Assembly (NCBI GenBank): GCA_041753055.1
Contig: JBGSVH010000021.1
Span: 42 to 64,041, forward strand
From: Parvularculaceae bacterium
GTDB taxonomy: Bacteria; Pseudomonadota; Alphaproteobacteria; Caulobacterales; Parvularculaceae
DNA: 64,000 nt
Reading direction: 5' to 3'
The position numbers were made by a program, and so were the translations under genes. This document shows, one piece after another, positions 26,849-36,613 of the stretch. The notes under the pieces were generated by a model. The model ran no database searches. It saw only the letters and a program-made list of their open reading frames with translations, and was not told where the DNA came from. Position 1 is the first letter of the stretch. Each line of letters opens with the position of its first letter.

Positions 26849-28231
26849 CTAATTCACCTTCAATAGTTCCAGCACCGCCGCCGTCATGGCCTGAACGCCG
26901 GACTTCAAGGTTGGCTCAGGCACCGGCGCAAAGAGCGGCGAATGATTTCCTGGCGGTATCGGTCCCGTCCCATCGGCGCCGGCGCGATAGGCCGCAGGAT
27001 CAAGGCCGCCGACCCACATCATCATTGTCGGAATTTTGTCGCCGGTCCGCCCGAACTGACTGAAATCTTCGCCGCCCATGCTTGGAGGACGTTCGTAAAC
27101 GCGGGTCTCCCCGAGGCTTGCCGCAACCGCCCCCATGACGCGCGCCGTTAGTTCAGGATTGTTGTAAGTCGACGGCGTATAATCCTTTTCGATGATCACC
27201 TCGGGCATCAGATTTTCGGGCATGCCGGCCGACCGCGCCTGCGCGAGCGCAATGCGCTTGATACCGTCAAGCAGGTGCTGTCGAACATCGTCCTTGTAGG
27301 ATCGCACGGTGATTTTCAGATGCGCCTCGTCCGGGATGATGTTGTGCTTGTAGCCTGCCTGAAACGAGCCGACGGTGACGACAGCGGAATCGAGCGGATT
27401 GGTTTCGCGGCTGACAAGGGTTTGCAATGCATTGACGATTTCAGCGCCGATGACGATCGGGTCTTTTCCGGTTTGCGGCGCCGATCCATGCGTGCCGACG
27501 CCTTTGACGATGATATCGACGCTGTCGACATTGGCGAGCGCATAGCCCGGCGTATAGGTGACAGCGCCGGCGGGATCCCATCCCGACGTATGCTCCATGA
27601 TGACATAATCCGGCTTTGGAAATTTCTGGAAGAGGCCGTCATTGAGCATCGCCATCGCGCCAAGACCGATCTCCTCCGCCGGTTGACCGATCAGGATCAG
27701 AGTGCCTTTCCACTGATCTTTCATCGCAACAAGCCGGCGCGCGGTTCCGATCATGATCGCCATGTGGGTATCATGCGCACAGGCGTGCATGACCGGCGCC
27801 GTCTGTCCTTTATAGTCGACCGAAACGACCTTGCTGGCGTAGGGAACGCCTGTTTTTTCTTCCAGTGGCAACGCGTCCATGTCGGCGTGCACCATCAGGG
27901 TTGGCCCCTCGCCGTTCTTCATGACAGCGACAAATCCATAGCCGCCAACGCCATCATTGACTTTTCCGGCATCGGCTTTCGCCTTCGCCTTGGTCCATTT
28001 GTCGCCAACGCCCGTCGTAATCGTAAAACCAAGCGATTTCAGTTCGCTGGTCATCCGCTTGGCGCTTTCACTCTCCTTGAAGGAAAGCTCCGGATTTTGG
28101 TGGAAATGTTTGTAAAGTTCAAAAACGTAAGGGTAGTCACCGGCAACGGCAGCCGCGAGCGCGGCATCCTCCGCCCGTGCGGGCGCAGCAAGGGCGGCAA
28201 TGGCAGCGGCGGCAAAAAACAGATTTTTCAT
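26849..28231 (-). CDS. Exported M20D amidohydrolase/carboxypeptidase
   Basis: Signal peptide; HQNPELSF, HADMDALP, MHACAHDTH, QPAEE, GVGTHGS, MGGEDF, NHSP. Confidence 0.9.
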   Translation of the reverse strand: MKNLFFAAAAIAALAAPARAEDAALAAAVAGDYPYVFELYKHFHQNPELSFKESESAKRMTSELKSLGFTITTGVGDKWTKAKAKADAGKVNDGVGGYGFVAVMKNGEGPTLMVHADMDALPLEEKTGVPYASKVVSVDYKGQTAPVMHACAHDTHMAIMIGTARRLVAMKDQWKGTLILIGQPAEEIGLGAMAMLNDGLFQKFPKPDYVIMEHTSGWDPAGAVTYTPGYALANVDSVDIIVKGVGTHGSAPQTGKDPIVIGAEIVNALQTLVSRETNPLDSAVVTVGSFQAGYKHNIIPDEAHLKITVRSYKDDVRQHLLDGIKRIALAQARSAGMPENLMPEVIIEKDYTPSTYNNPELTARVMGAVAASLGETRVYERPPSMGGEDFSQFGRTGDKIPTMMMWVGGLDPAAYRAGADGTGPIPPGNHSPLFAPVPEPTLKSGVQAMTAAVLELLKVN

Positions 28232-29847
28232 TGGGCAGACTCCTGACGCTTGTAATTGAATTCAACGATCGGCATTGGCCCTGGCGCGATGCCCGCCTTT
28301 TCCTTTTCCACAGCGACCATTCCCTTCACCTCTGCGGCGAGCGCCTTGGCGTCATACACAATGCCGTCCTTGATGACGGTCTCGACGCCGCCGACGCGCA
28401 CCGGCTGGTTGGTCGCCAAATCAAGTTTGATATGGCCGCTTGCATAGAGGACTTTCAGATTGGCAAGCGGATTTTCGCCGACGATGACGAGGTCGGCTTT
28501 CTTGCCGACCAGCACCGACCCGATCTCGTTTTCCGCGCCCAGAATGCGCGCGCCTTCAAGCGTTGCAGCTCGAATGACTTCAAGCGGATTGAATCCGGCT
28601 TCGCGCAGCAGCTCCAGTTCCTGAATATAGCCGAAGCCATAGGTCGAATAGATATAGCCGGCGTCTTCGCCGACGCCGACCTTGCCGCCGTGGTTCTTGT
28701 ACTCATTGATGAAGGCCATCCACTTTTGATAGTTGCGGCGCCACGCAACTTCCTGCTCCGTGCCCCAGTCGAACCAGTATGAGCCATGGGCGTTTCGATC
28801 CGGCGCGTAATATTTCCACAGCGACGGCATGGTGAAATCGTCATGCCACTCCGCCCGGCGCGCGCGCATCCAGTCGCGGCTAGAAAGGTAAATCGTGAAA
28901 GTCGGAATGATCGAGAAATTGCGTTCGAGCAAAGTGTCGCGAACGTAATTCCAGCGGTCGCTCCCCTGGTCCGCCGCCTGCGCCCATAGTTTTCCGGCTT
29001 CGCCGAAGCGGTGTTGTTCATTGGAATAATTGTAGTCGACCGGATAATCCTGCAACGCCTGGTCGACGAACATCGCCTCCGGGAGACCGTACCAATGCTC
29101 CATTGAATTTAACCCGTGCGCAGACGTATCGAGAACGTCGGCGTGAGCGACCGCAAGCTGCGCATGGTGCATTGTCGTTTTGAGGTTCAATTTCTTCGCC
29201 TCGTCAAAAGCCGCCCACAGGACCTCTTCAGGACCGCTGAAAAACTTGATGCCAACCGCGCCCAGTTTCTTGCAGGCGCGGATTTCGGCGCGCGCTTCGC
29301 CAGGCGTGTTGACTTTGCCGGAGCCGCAACTTCCGAAATAGGGGAACGGATAAATGCGCGGCGAATCGATCAGGTTTTTCGCGCTGGCGTTCAAGAGCTC
29401 GGCCGTGAATTTGGCGCCCTTGTCATTGCCGACCTCGCGAACGGTGGTGATGCCGTGCATCAGCCAAAGTTTGAAAATGTAATCCGGCGGCACATCCTGA
29501 CCGGTTCCATAAGAATGAATATGGCCGTGGAGGTTGATGAACCCCGGCAGCAGATATTTGCCGGCCGCGTCGATCTCCGTGCCGCCATTCAATGGCGGGC
29601 GGCCGTCCGGCATGACCGCAAGGCCGGGATCGCCGACGGAAACAATTTCGGTGATGCGATTGTTCTCGACGACGACATCGACCGGTCCGAAGGCCGGCGC
29701 GCCAGATCCGTCGATCAATGTCGCGCCCCTGATGACCAGTCGGTCATAGGGTCCGGCGCCATCGTGTCTTAAATCCACCCCCGGCGGTAACGCCAACGCC
29801 TGCCCCAGCAGCGCGGCAATCCCCGCCGCAATCGCGAATAGTCTCAT
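28228..29847 (-). CDS. Exported metal-dependent amidohydrolase (TIM-barrel superfamily)
   Basis: Signal peptide; LIDGSG, LLPGFINLHGH, VGEDAG, ATLEGARILG, GSVLVGKKADLV; 4-bp overlap with the M20 gene. Confidence 0.88.
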   Translation of the reverse strand: MRLFAIAAGIAALLGQALALPPGVDLRHDGAGPYDRLVIRGATLIDGSGAPAFGPVDVVVENNRITEIVSVGDPGLAVMPDGRPPLNGGTEIDAAGKYLLPGFINLHGHIHSYGTGQDVPPDYIFKLWLMHGITTVREVGNDKGAKFTAELLNASAKNLIDSPRIYPFPYFGSCGSGKVNTPGEARAEIRACKKLGAVGIKFFSGPEEVLWAAFDEAKKLNLKTTMHHAQLAVAHADVLDTSAHGLNSMEHWYGLPEAMFVDQALQDYPVDYNYSNEQHRFGEAGKLWAQAADQGSDRWNYVRDTLLERNFSIIPTFTIYLSSRDWMRARRAEWHDDFTMPSLWKYYAPDRNAHGSYWFDWGTEQEVAWRRNYQKWMAFINEYKNHGGKVGVGEDAGYIYSTYGFGYIQELELLREAGFNPLEVIRAATLEGARILGAENEIGSVLVGKKADLVIVGENPLANLKVLYASGHIKLDLATNQPVRVGGVETVIKDGIVYDAKALAAEVKGMVAVEKEKAGIAPGPMPIVEFNYKRQESAQ

Positions 29848-29916
29848 CCAGTTCCCCTCATCGTCCCGAGTCAGGCTATGTTAGGCTATTCACCGCGATA
29901 CGGAAGGGCCGCGCAC

Positions 29917-30954
29917 ATGAAGAAATCCGTCGTAGAGGGTACGGAGCGCCGCTGGCGAGAAGAAAAAACCGCCGCCCTCCTTACCCGCGCGGTCGCCGAA
30001 GCCGAGAGCGACCCGATGAAAAAGCGGCTTTTCGAGAAGCTAGCAGCGGAAGGCGAATCGCAAGCCGCGATTATCGCAAAAGACCTGCCCGCCAGCGTTG
30101 TGTTTTCGCCCGGCATGCGCGCACAGATCGTCATCGCGCTGCTTTCCGTCTTCGGCCCAAGACAGATGAAAGGCGTTCTCGCCGCCGTCAAAGTTCGCGG
30201 CCTCTCGGTTTATTCGGGCAAGATGCGGCCCGGCATGCACGCAATGCCGACGACAACCGAAGACATTGGCGCGCGCCACCGGGGCGCCGGCGGCGGATCG
30301 CTGCGCGCCGCTGTCTTTGGCGTCAATGATGGCCTTGTTTCCAATACCAGTCTTGTCCTCGGCATGGCCGGCGCCGCCGTCGCCAATGATGTCGTGTTCC
30401 TGACCGGCGTCGCCGGACTTCTCGCCGGCGCCTTCTCGATGGCGGCGGGCGAATTCATTTCGATGAAGACCCAGCGCGAAATGTTTGAGCACCAGATCGC
30501 GCAGGAAAAAGAAGAACTGGATCTCTATCCGGAAGAAGAGGCCGAAGAACTCGCCCTGATCTACGAGGCGCGAGGGTTGCCAATAGAAGAAGCGCGCTCG
30601 ATGGCAAAGACACTAATTTCCGACCCGAAGACGGCGCTTGATGCGCTCGCGCGCGAAGAGTTGGGATTGAACCCGGACGACCTTGGCTCTGCGAGCGGGG
30701 CGGCGTTTTGGTCATTTCTCGCTTTTTCGACCGGCGCGATCCTGCCTCTCCTTCCCTTTGTCGTAGGAATAGCGTCTCCGGTGCCGGCTGCGGCGGCGAT
30801 CGCGTCGCTCGCGCTCTTCGGCGTCGGCGCAGCAATGAGCCTTTTTTCCGGACGCAACGCCTTTCTCGGCGGCGTCAGAATGCTCGCCATCGGCGCCCTT
30901 GCCGGCGCCGCGACATTCGCTATAGGCAGCCTCTTTGGTGTTGCGACGAGTTGA
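29917..30954 (+). CDS. VIT1/CCC1 family metal transporter with an N-terminal rubrerythrin-like helical domain
   Basis: LRAAVFGVNDGLVSN, AGAFSMAAGEFIS, EELGL, SFLAFSTGAILPLLPF. Confidence 0.9.
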   Translation: MKKSVVEGTERRWREEKTAALLTRAVAEAESDPMKKRLFEKLAAEGESQAAIIAKDLPASVVFSPGMRAQIVIALLSVFGPRQMKGVLAAVKVRGLSVYSGKMRPGMHAMPTTTEDIGARHRGAGGGSLRAAVFGVNDGLVSNTSLVLGMAGAAVANDVVFLTGVAGLLAGAFSMAAGEFISMKTQREMFEHQIAQEKEELDLYPEEEAEELALIYEARGLPIEEARSMAKTLISDPKTALDALAREELGLNPDDLGSASGAAFWSFLAFSTGAILPLLPFVVGIASPVPAAAAIASLALFGVGAAMSLFSGRNAFLGGVRMLAIGALAGAATFAIGSLFGVATS

Positions 30955-31033
30955 GGATGCTTGCGATGGCTTAATGAGGTGCAACGTGCCATGTTCTCGC
31001 CCGCGTTTCCCATAGGCTCACCCGGAGATATCC

Positions 31034-32785
31034 ATGAAATTGCACAAATTCCTGCTCGCCGCGTCTGTCGTCGCGCTCGCTGCTGCGGGCTGCGCAAAAA
31101 AGGCCGAACCGCAGGAGAGTACTAACGCCGTCGCCGAAGTTGAGGCCGCCTCCCCATGGCCGGATTACATCGCCTCCTTCCTCGACGCCTATTTTCCGCT
31201 CAATCCGGGTTTCGCAGTTTATCAGGGCCGTCATGAATTCGACGGTCAGTTGCCAGACTGGAGCGAGGGCGGAATCGCGGTGAATATCGCGATGCGAAAA
31301 AAGGCGATCGCCGATGCGCGCGCGGTCGAAGACGCGCATATGACGGACGCTGAAAAATTCGAGCGTGATTATCTCATCAGCGTCATGGACGGCGAACTCT
31401 TCTGGCTTGAGACGGCAGACTGGCCGCACAAGAACCCCGCCTTTTATGTCGGCGGGCTTGATCCGTCGACTTACGTGACGCGGCCCTATGCCGACAAGAA
31501 AACGCGCATGGCGGCGTTTGTGACCTATCTCGAGGCGGTTCCCGCCGCCGCAACAAATATCAAAGCCAATCTGAAACTGCCCTTGCCCGCGACCTATCTG
31601 AAATATGGACAGGCAGGCTTCGGCGGCTATGCGGAATATTACAAGGGCGACGCAAAAGCCGCCTTTGCGGATGTCGACGATGCGGACCTTCAGGCAAAAT
31701 TCGACACGGCCGCCGGCGCCGCCTCCGCCGCGATGCAGGACCTCTCAGATTACATCGGTTCGGCGCCCGCGACCGCTGACGGGTATGCGCTTGGGGCTGA
31801 CAAGTTCACCGCGATGGTTCGGCGCACCGAAGGCGTCGATATCGCCCTTGACGATCTCGAGGCGATCGGGCGCGCAGACCTTAAACGCAATCAGGATGCA
31901 TTGGCGGCGGCGTGCGGCGTCTATGCGCCCGGCGCATCGATGGCCGCCTGCATGGGCAAGATGTCGGCGGACAAGCCGGCGGCGGGGCCGGTCGAAGAAG
32001 CGCGCGAGCAGTTGCCACCGCTCAAGGCTTTCATAATCCAGAAAGATCTCGTTTCCATTCCGGGTACGGAAGAGGCGCTGGTCGAAGAGTCGCCGCCTTA
32101 TAACCGCCAGAACTCGGCCTATATCGATATTCCCGGTCCGTATGAAACGGGATTGCCGTCGGTCTATTATATCTCCCCGGCCGACCCCTCATGGGATGCG
32201 GCGACCCGCGCGGCGTATATTCCCGGGAAGATGGATCTCCTCGGAACCTCCGTTCACGAAGTCTGGCCGGGCCACTTCCTCAACTTCCTTCACGCCAATC
32301 GCGCCAAGTCGATTTTCGGCAAGCTCTTCGTCGGCTACGCCTTCGCCGAAGGCTGGGCTCATTACACCGAAGAGATGATGATGGAAGCGGGTCTGCATGA
32401 CGGCGATTCGGAAACGAAAATCGGCCAGCTCTCAAACGCGCTTCTGCGCGATTGTCGCTTCCTGTCGGCGATCGGGCTGCACGCAAAAGGCATGACCGTG
32501 CAGCAGAGCTACGACATGTTCCAGAATGAATGTTATCAGGACGCCGGCAATTCAACGCAGCAGGCGGCGCGCGGCACTTACGATCCCGCCTATCTTAATT
32601 ACACGATGGGCAAGCTGATGATCCGGCGCCTTCGCGCCGACTGGACGGCAAAGAATTATCCGGATGGCGGCGAACGCGCCGGCTGGAAGGAATTCCACGA
32701 TGAATTCCTCTCCTATGGCGGTCCGCCGATTCCGATGGTCAGAAAAGCGATGATGGGCGAGAACGAAGCGAAAGCCGTATTCTGA
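31034..32785 (+). CDS. DUF885 family lipoprotein (putative zinc peptidase)
   Basis: Lipobox LAAAGC; HEVWPGH, FAEGWAHYTE, YTMGKLMIRRLR, FHDEFLSYG. Confidence 0.88.
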   Translation: MKLHKFLLAASVVALAAAGCAKKAEPQESTNAVAEVEAASPWPDYIASFLDAYFPLNPGFAVYQGRHEFDGQLPDWSEGGIAVNIAMRKKAIADARAVEDAHMTDAEKFERDYLISVMDGELFWLETADWPHKNPAFYVGGLDPSTYVTRPYADKKTRMAAFVTYLEAVPAAATNIKANLKLPLPATYLKYGQAGFGGYAEYYKGDAKAAFADVDDADLQAKFDTAAGAASAAMQDLSDYIGSAPATADGYALGADKFTAMVRRTEGVDIALDDLEAIGRADLKRNQDALAAACGVYAPGASMAACMGKMSADKPAAGPVEEAREQLPPLKAFIIQKDLVSIPGTEEALVEESPPYNRQNSAYIDIPGPYETGLPSVYYISPADPSWDAATRAAYIPGKMDLLGTSVHEVWPGHFLNFLHANRAKSIFGKLFVGYAFAEGWAHYTEEMMMEAGLHDGDSETKIGQLSNALLRDCRFLSAIGLHAKGMTVQQSYDMFQNECYQDAGNSTQQAARGTYDPAYLNYTMGKLMIRRLRADWTAKNYPDGGERAGWKEFHDEFLSYGGPPIPMVRKAMMGENEAKAVF

Positions 32786-32807
32786 AAAAAACTACGCGGG
32801 GGCGGCG

Positions 32808-32914
32808 CTAAAGGGTCGGACGAAAAAGTGGAATCCGGTTTTTCGCCTTACCCGACGCGATCACGAAGAACGCTGGATCAACGGGCGATGCGGATATATC
32901 GCCCGATGATCTAG
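32808..32914. repeat. 107-bp palindromic intergenic element, copy B
   Basis: Same length and architecture as 23583-23689; GAATC (GANTC) inside hairpin 1; perfect CGGGCGAT/ATCGCCCG stem. Confidence 0.85.
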
Positions 32915-33876
32915 GCAGCTGCGATCATCTTTTCCGTTTCGATCCAGAGCCGATCGGCGAGCGCGTCGTCAGCGGCGTGCGGTTGCACCTCCGCCCAGCG
33001 CGGCGCGTCTGGACCGGCGAGCTTGGCGATGTTGCAGTCCTCGCAATAGACGCCGCCCTTGCCGTCGAGCAGCTTGCTCGTCGCCGCCCACACTGTCGTC
33101 GAGGCGCCTTGCTCCGGCGTTTTGAACATCGCCTTCGCCATTTCGGAAATTTCGCCGTTGGGGCCAAGCCAGCCGAGCGCGATCATCTCCTCCCGGTCGA
33201 GGTGACGCTGCAGCGGCGTCACGATCCCGCCGGGATGCACGGCGAACGCTTCAACGCGGTCGTTCTTCATCCGCTTGTTCAGCTCGCGGGCAAACAGGGC
33301 ATTTGCCGTTTTCGATTGTCCGTAGGCGACCCATTTATTGTAGGGCTCTTTAGTGAAGTGGATGTCGTCCCAGCGGATCGCCGACAATTTGTGCCCGGTC
33401 GAAGAGAGGCAAACAACGCGCGCACCGTTCGCCTTTTTCAGCAGCGGCGCCAGCGCATTGGTCAGGACAAAGTGACCAATATGGTTGGTCGCGAATTGCA
33501 ACTCCCATCCCTTACCGACGCGGGTTTCCGGGCACGCCATGATCCCTGCATTGTTGATCAACATATGGACCGGCTTTCCCGCCGTAACGGCCTCGCCCGC
33601 GAACTTCCGGACGCTCGCAAGATCGGATAAATCCATCGCCGCGACGCTGATCTTGCCGGTTATTCCTTTGACCGCGTCCCTCGCCTTTGCGATGTCGCGC
33701 GCAGGAATGAGGATTTCAGCACCGGCGGAGGCAAGCGCTTTGACCGTCTCGACGCCGATGCCGGAGTAGCCGCCGGTGACGATTGCGTATTTGCCGGCTA
33801 GGTCGATCCCCGTGATAACCTCAAGCGCCGTCGACTTGGCGTGAAATTGCGAGTTGATCGGCGTTTGGTCGGTCAT
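32911..33876 (-). CDS. SDR oxidoreductase (retinol dehydrogenase/WWOX-like subgroup)
   Basis: VTGGYSGIG, LINNAGIMA, FATNHIGHF, YGQSK (YxxxK), VHPGGIVT; GGAG SD before ATG 33876. Confidence 0.92.
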   Translation of the reverse strand: MTDQTPINSQFHAKSTALEVITGIDLAGKYAIVTGGYSGIGVETVKALASAGAEILIPARDIAKARDAVKGITGKISVAAMDLSDLASVRKFAGEAVTAGKPVHMLINNAGIMACPETRVGKGWELQFATNHIGHFVLTNALAPLLKKANGARVVCLSSTGHKLSAIRWDDIHFTKEPYNKWVAYGQSKTANALFARELNKRMKNDRVEAFAVHPGGIVTPLQRHLDREEMIALGWLGPNGEISEMAKAMFKTPEQGASTTVWAATSKLLDGKGGVYCEDCNIAKLAGPDAPRWAEVQPHAADDALADRLWIETEKMIAAA

Positions 33877-33880
33877 CAAT

Positions 33881-34666
33881 TTATTCTCCAAAATGTCCAA
33901 ATGAAGAGTAGGCGACGCCGCCGTCGACCGCCAGCGTATCGCCGACAACATAGTCGCCGGCCCTGCTGGCGAGAAAGATTGCAGCGCCCGCCATGTCTTC
34001 CTCACCGCCAATGCGGCCGGCCGGCACCATCTTTGCGACTATCTCTTCATGGTCGCGCGCCGCCTTGTTCATCTCTGACGCGAAGGCGCCGGGCGCAATC
34101 CCCGACACGCAGATATTGTCCTTGATGAGACGCGCCGCCATCCGCCGTGTCAGATGAATGAGCGCCGCCTTCGACGCCTGGTAGGGATAGGTCTCCCACG
34201 GATTGATCCTGATGCCGTCGATTGACGCAATCATGATCACCTTGCCGGGTTTTTTTGCGCTCGCCGCCGCTTTCATCCGGGCGTGCAACGCCTGCGTCAG
34301 GAAGAACGGCGATTTGACGTTGAGGTCCATCACCTTGTCCCAGCCGCTTTCCGGGAATTCGTCGAACTCCGCACCCCAGGCGGCGCCGGCGTTGTTGACG
34401 AGGATGTCGAGCGAGGATTCCGACTTTCCGTAAGCGCGCTCCAAAATCTTGCAGCCCTCAATTGTCGATACATCCTGCGGAATGGCGACGCACTTCCCGT
34501 ACTGCGACAATTCCTCGGCGGCCTGTTCGCACTGCTCCGACTTGCGTGACGAGATGTAAACGCGCGCGCCATGCTCCAGGAAGCCGCGCGCGATCATCTT
34601 GCCAATGCCGCGCGACCCGCCGGTGACAAGCGCAGTGCGATTTTCAAGGGAAAAGAGGTTCTTCAT
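33881..34666 (-). CDS. Classical SDR oxidoreductase (RhlG-like)
   Basis: VTGGSRGIG, LVNNAGAAWGA, YQASK, IAPGAF; ATG 34666. Confidence 0.92.
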   Translation of the reverse strand: MKNLFSLENRTALVTGGSRGIGKMIARGFLEHGARVYISSRKSEQCEQAAEELSQYGKCVAIPQDVSTIEGCKILERAYGKSESSLDILVNNAGAAWGAEFDEFPESGWDKVMDLNVKSPFFLTQALHARMKAAASAKKPGKVIMIASIDGIRINPWETYPYQASKAALIHLTRRMAARLIKDNICVSGIAPGAFASEMNKAARDHEEIVAKMVPAGRIGGEEDMAGAAIFLASRAGDYVVGDTLAVDGGVAYSSFGHFGE

Positions 34667-34679
34667 TCCGGTCTCCAAT

Positions 34680-36389
34680 TCATTCGGCGCCAAATTTCGT
34701 CCGCCACTGCTCAACTTGCTCGTCCTCGATCTTTTTGAAAAGCACTTCGGGCAGTTGGAAGGCAAGCTCAGGCTTCAAACATGACAGAGCGGCCTTCGCC
34801 GAGGACGGCCAGCGGCCCGCCATCACCGGATCGAGACCGAAAATGGCGAACATTTTCTCCGCCGTCTGCGGGATCACCGGCGCTGAGAGCGACGCAAAAA
34901 GGACGATGAGATTGAGCCCCGCCCTCACCGCCGCCGCCGCGCGATCGGGATCAGTCTTGAACGCCGTCCAGGGCGCTGCAACCTGCAGATATTCATTGCC
35001 TGCAACCCAAATGCCTCGCAGTTCAGCGAATGCTTTCCTGAATTCCATCGCTTCCAGCGCCGCTGAATAGGCCGCAATCTTCATATCAAGATCGGCAATG
35101 AGCTTTTCCTCAACTTCGCCGTATGTGCCGGCGGCCGGGACCGCCTCTCCAAATTTTGACGCGCAAAAGCGCGTGATGCGGTTGACGAAATTGCCAAGGA
35201 CGTCCGCAAGGTCCTTGTTCACGACGCTGGCGAAATGTTCGAGCGTGAAGGACGCGTCGTCCGATTCCGGCGCGTTGGCCATCAGGTGCCAGCGCCAATA
35301 GTCCGCCGGCAACAGTTCCAGCGCCTGGTCCATGAAAATGCCGCGGTTCTGGCTGGTCGAGAATTTGCCGCCATACCAGGTGAGCCAGTTCAGCGACTTC
35401 AGCGCGTCAACGGTCTTCCACGGTTCCTCCGAACCGAGGATCGTGCACGGAAACGACACGGTGTGAAAGGCGACATTGTCCTTGCCCATGAACTGAACAT
35501 AGCGGACATCTTCAGCCCCTTCATCGAGCCGCCACCAGCTGCGCCAGTTTATCCCTTTTCCCGCCGCCTCCCATTCTTCCGTACACGCGATATATTCGAT
35601 CGGCGCGTCGAACCAGACGTAAAACACCTTCGCTTCAAAGCCGGGGCGCGGCTTGCCATCAACCTCAACCGGCACGCCCCAATAGAGGTCACGCGTGATC
35701 GAGCGGTCCTGCAATCCCTCCCTGATCCATTTGGCGGCGATTGATTTTGTCAGCGCCGGCCAGCCGGGCTTTGACGCAATCCAGTCCGCAATCTTTTGCT
35801 GCAGTTTCGATTGCAGCAGATAGAGGTGCCTGGTCTCTCGCACTTCGATATTCTTCGATCCTGAAATCGATGAATATGGGTCCTTGAGATCGATCGGATC
35901 GAGAAGGCGGCCGCAATTATCGCACTGGTCGCCGCGGGCTTTTTCATAGGCGCAATGCGGGCACGTCCCTTCGACATAGCGGTCGGGAAGAAAGCGCAGA
36001 TCGTCAACCGAATAAATCTGGCGATCCACGCGCTCTTCAATCAGGCCGTTCTTTTCCAGCACCATTGCAAAGTGTTGCGTCAGGCGCTCATTCTGTGGTC
36101 CGGACGAGCGCCCGAAATGATCGAAAGAGAGCGCGAACTCGGCGCACGCCTTCTTCTGGATCTCGTGCTGTTCCTCGCAATATTTCTCGACTGTCTGGCT
36201 GGCCGCGCGCGCCGCCAGTTCCGCCGGCGTGCCATGTTCGTCGGTCGCACACAAAAAGAGAACCTCAGCGCCCCTCGACCGCTCAAAGCGCGCATAGACG
36301 TCCGCCGGCAGCATCGAGCCGACAAGATTGCCGAGGTGCTTGATGCCGTTGATGTAGGGAAGCGCGGACGTGATCAGAATGCGGGTCAT
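34680..36389 (-). CDS. metG: Methionine--tRNA ligase
   Basis: [30 protein letters not shown] zinc knuckles, YVWFDA, GKDN, KFSTS; start MTRILI at 36389. Confidence 0.97.
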   Translation of the reverse strand: MTRILITSALPYINGIKHLGNLVGSMLPADVYARFERSRGAEVLFLCATDEHGTPAELAARAASQTVEKYCEEQHEIQKKACAEFALSFDHFGRSSGPQNERLTQHFAMVLEKNGLIEERVDRQIYSVDDLRFLPDRYVEGTCPHCAYEKARGDQCDNCGRLLDPIDLKDPYSSISGSKNIEVRETRHLYLLQSKLQQKIADWIASKPGWPALTKSIAAKWIREGLQDRSITRDLYWGVPVEVDGKPRPGFEAKVFYVWFDAPIEYIACTEEWEAAGKGINWRSWWRLDEGAEDVRYVQFMGKDNVAFHTVSFPCTILGSEEPWKTVDALKSLNWLTWYGGKFSTSQNRGIFMDQALELLPADYWRWHLMANAPESDDASFTLEHFASVVNKDLADVLGNFVNRITRFCASKFGEAVPAAGTYGEVEEKLIADLDMKIAAYSAALEAMEFRKAFAELRGIWVAGNEYLQVAAPWTAFKTDPDRAAAAVRAGLNLIVLFASLSAPVIPQTAEKMFAIFGLDPVMAGRWPSSAKAALSCLKPELAFQLPEVLFKKIEDEQVEQWRTKFGAE

Positions 36390-36540
36390 GACGGCGGGAT
36401 CGGCCTTTCGATGCGAGGATTGAGACCGCCTATAGCGGTTTGCCTGCGCCGGGAACAAGTCGGCCGGGATTTAGGCGTCCAAATCCTTGCCTGAATGCGG
36501 CTTGTCAGCCCTTGCGCGCGCCATTACCAGCCCTGCGGGG

Positions 36541-36578
36541 CCGGACTGTCAGGAAATCCGGACTGGCAGGAAAATTGA
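36541..36578 (+). promoter_or_regulatory. 17-bp tandem repeat overlapping a sigma54-like site upstream of the PEP-CTERM-like gene
   Basis: CCGGACTGTCAGGAAAT / CCGGACTGGCAGGAAAA (15/17); TGGCAGGAAAATTGA (36564-36578) is GG-N10-GA, one mismatch from GG-N10-GC. Confidence 0.4.
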
Positions 36579-36613
36579 GTGGAGCCGCTGGTTAAGATTT
36601 CACTTACCCCGGA

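Noticed and set aside
34680-36389. MetG of the [10 protein letters not shown] two-knuckle type as a recent horizontal acquisition
   Set aside because: To my knowledge this type is normal in Caulobacter/Rhodobacter-related lineages, and codon style matches the neighbours.
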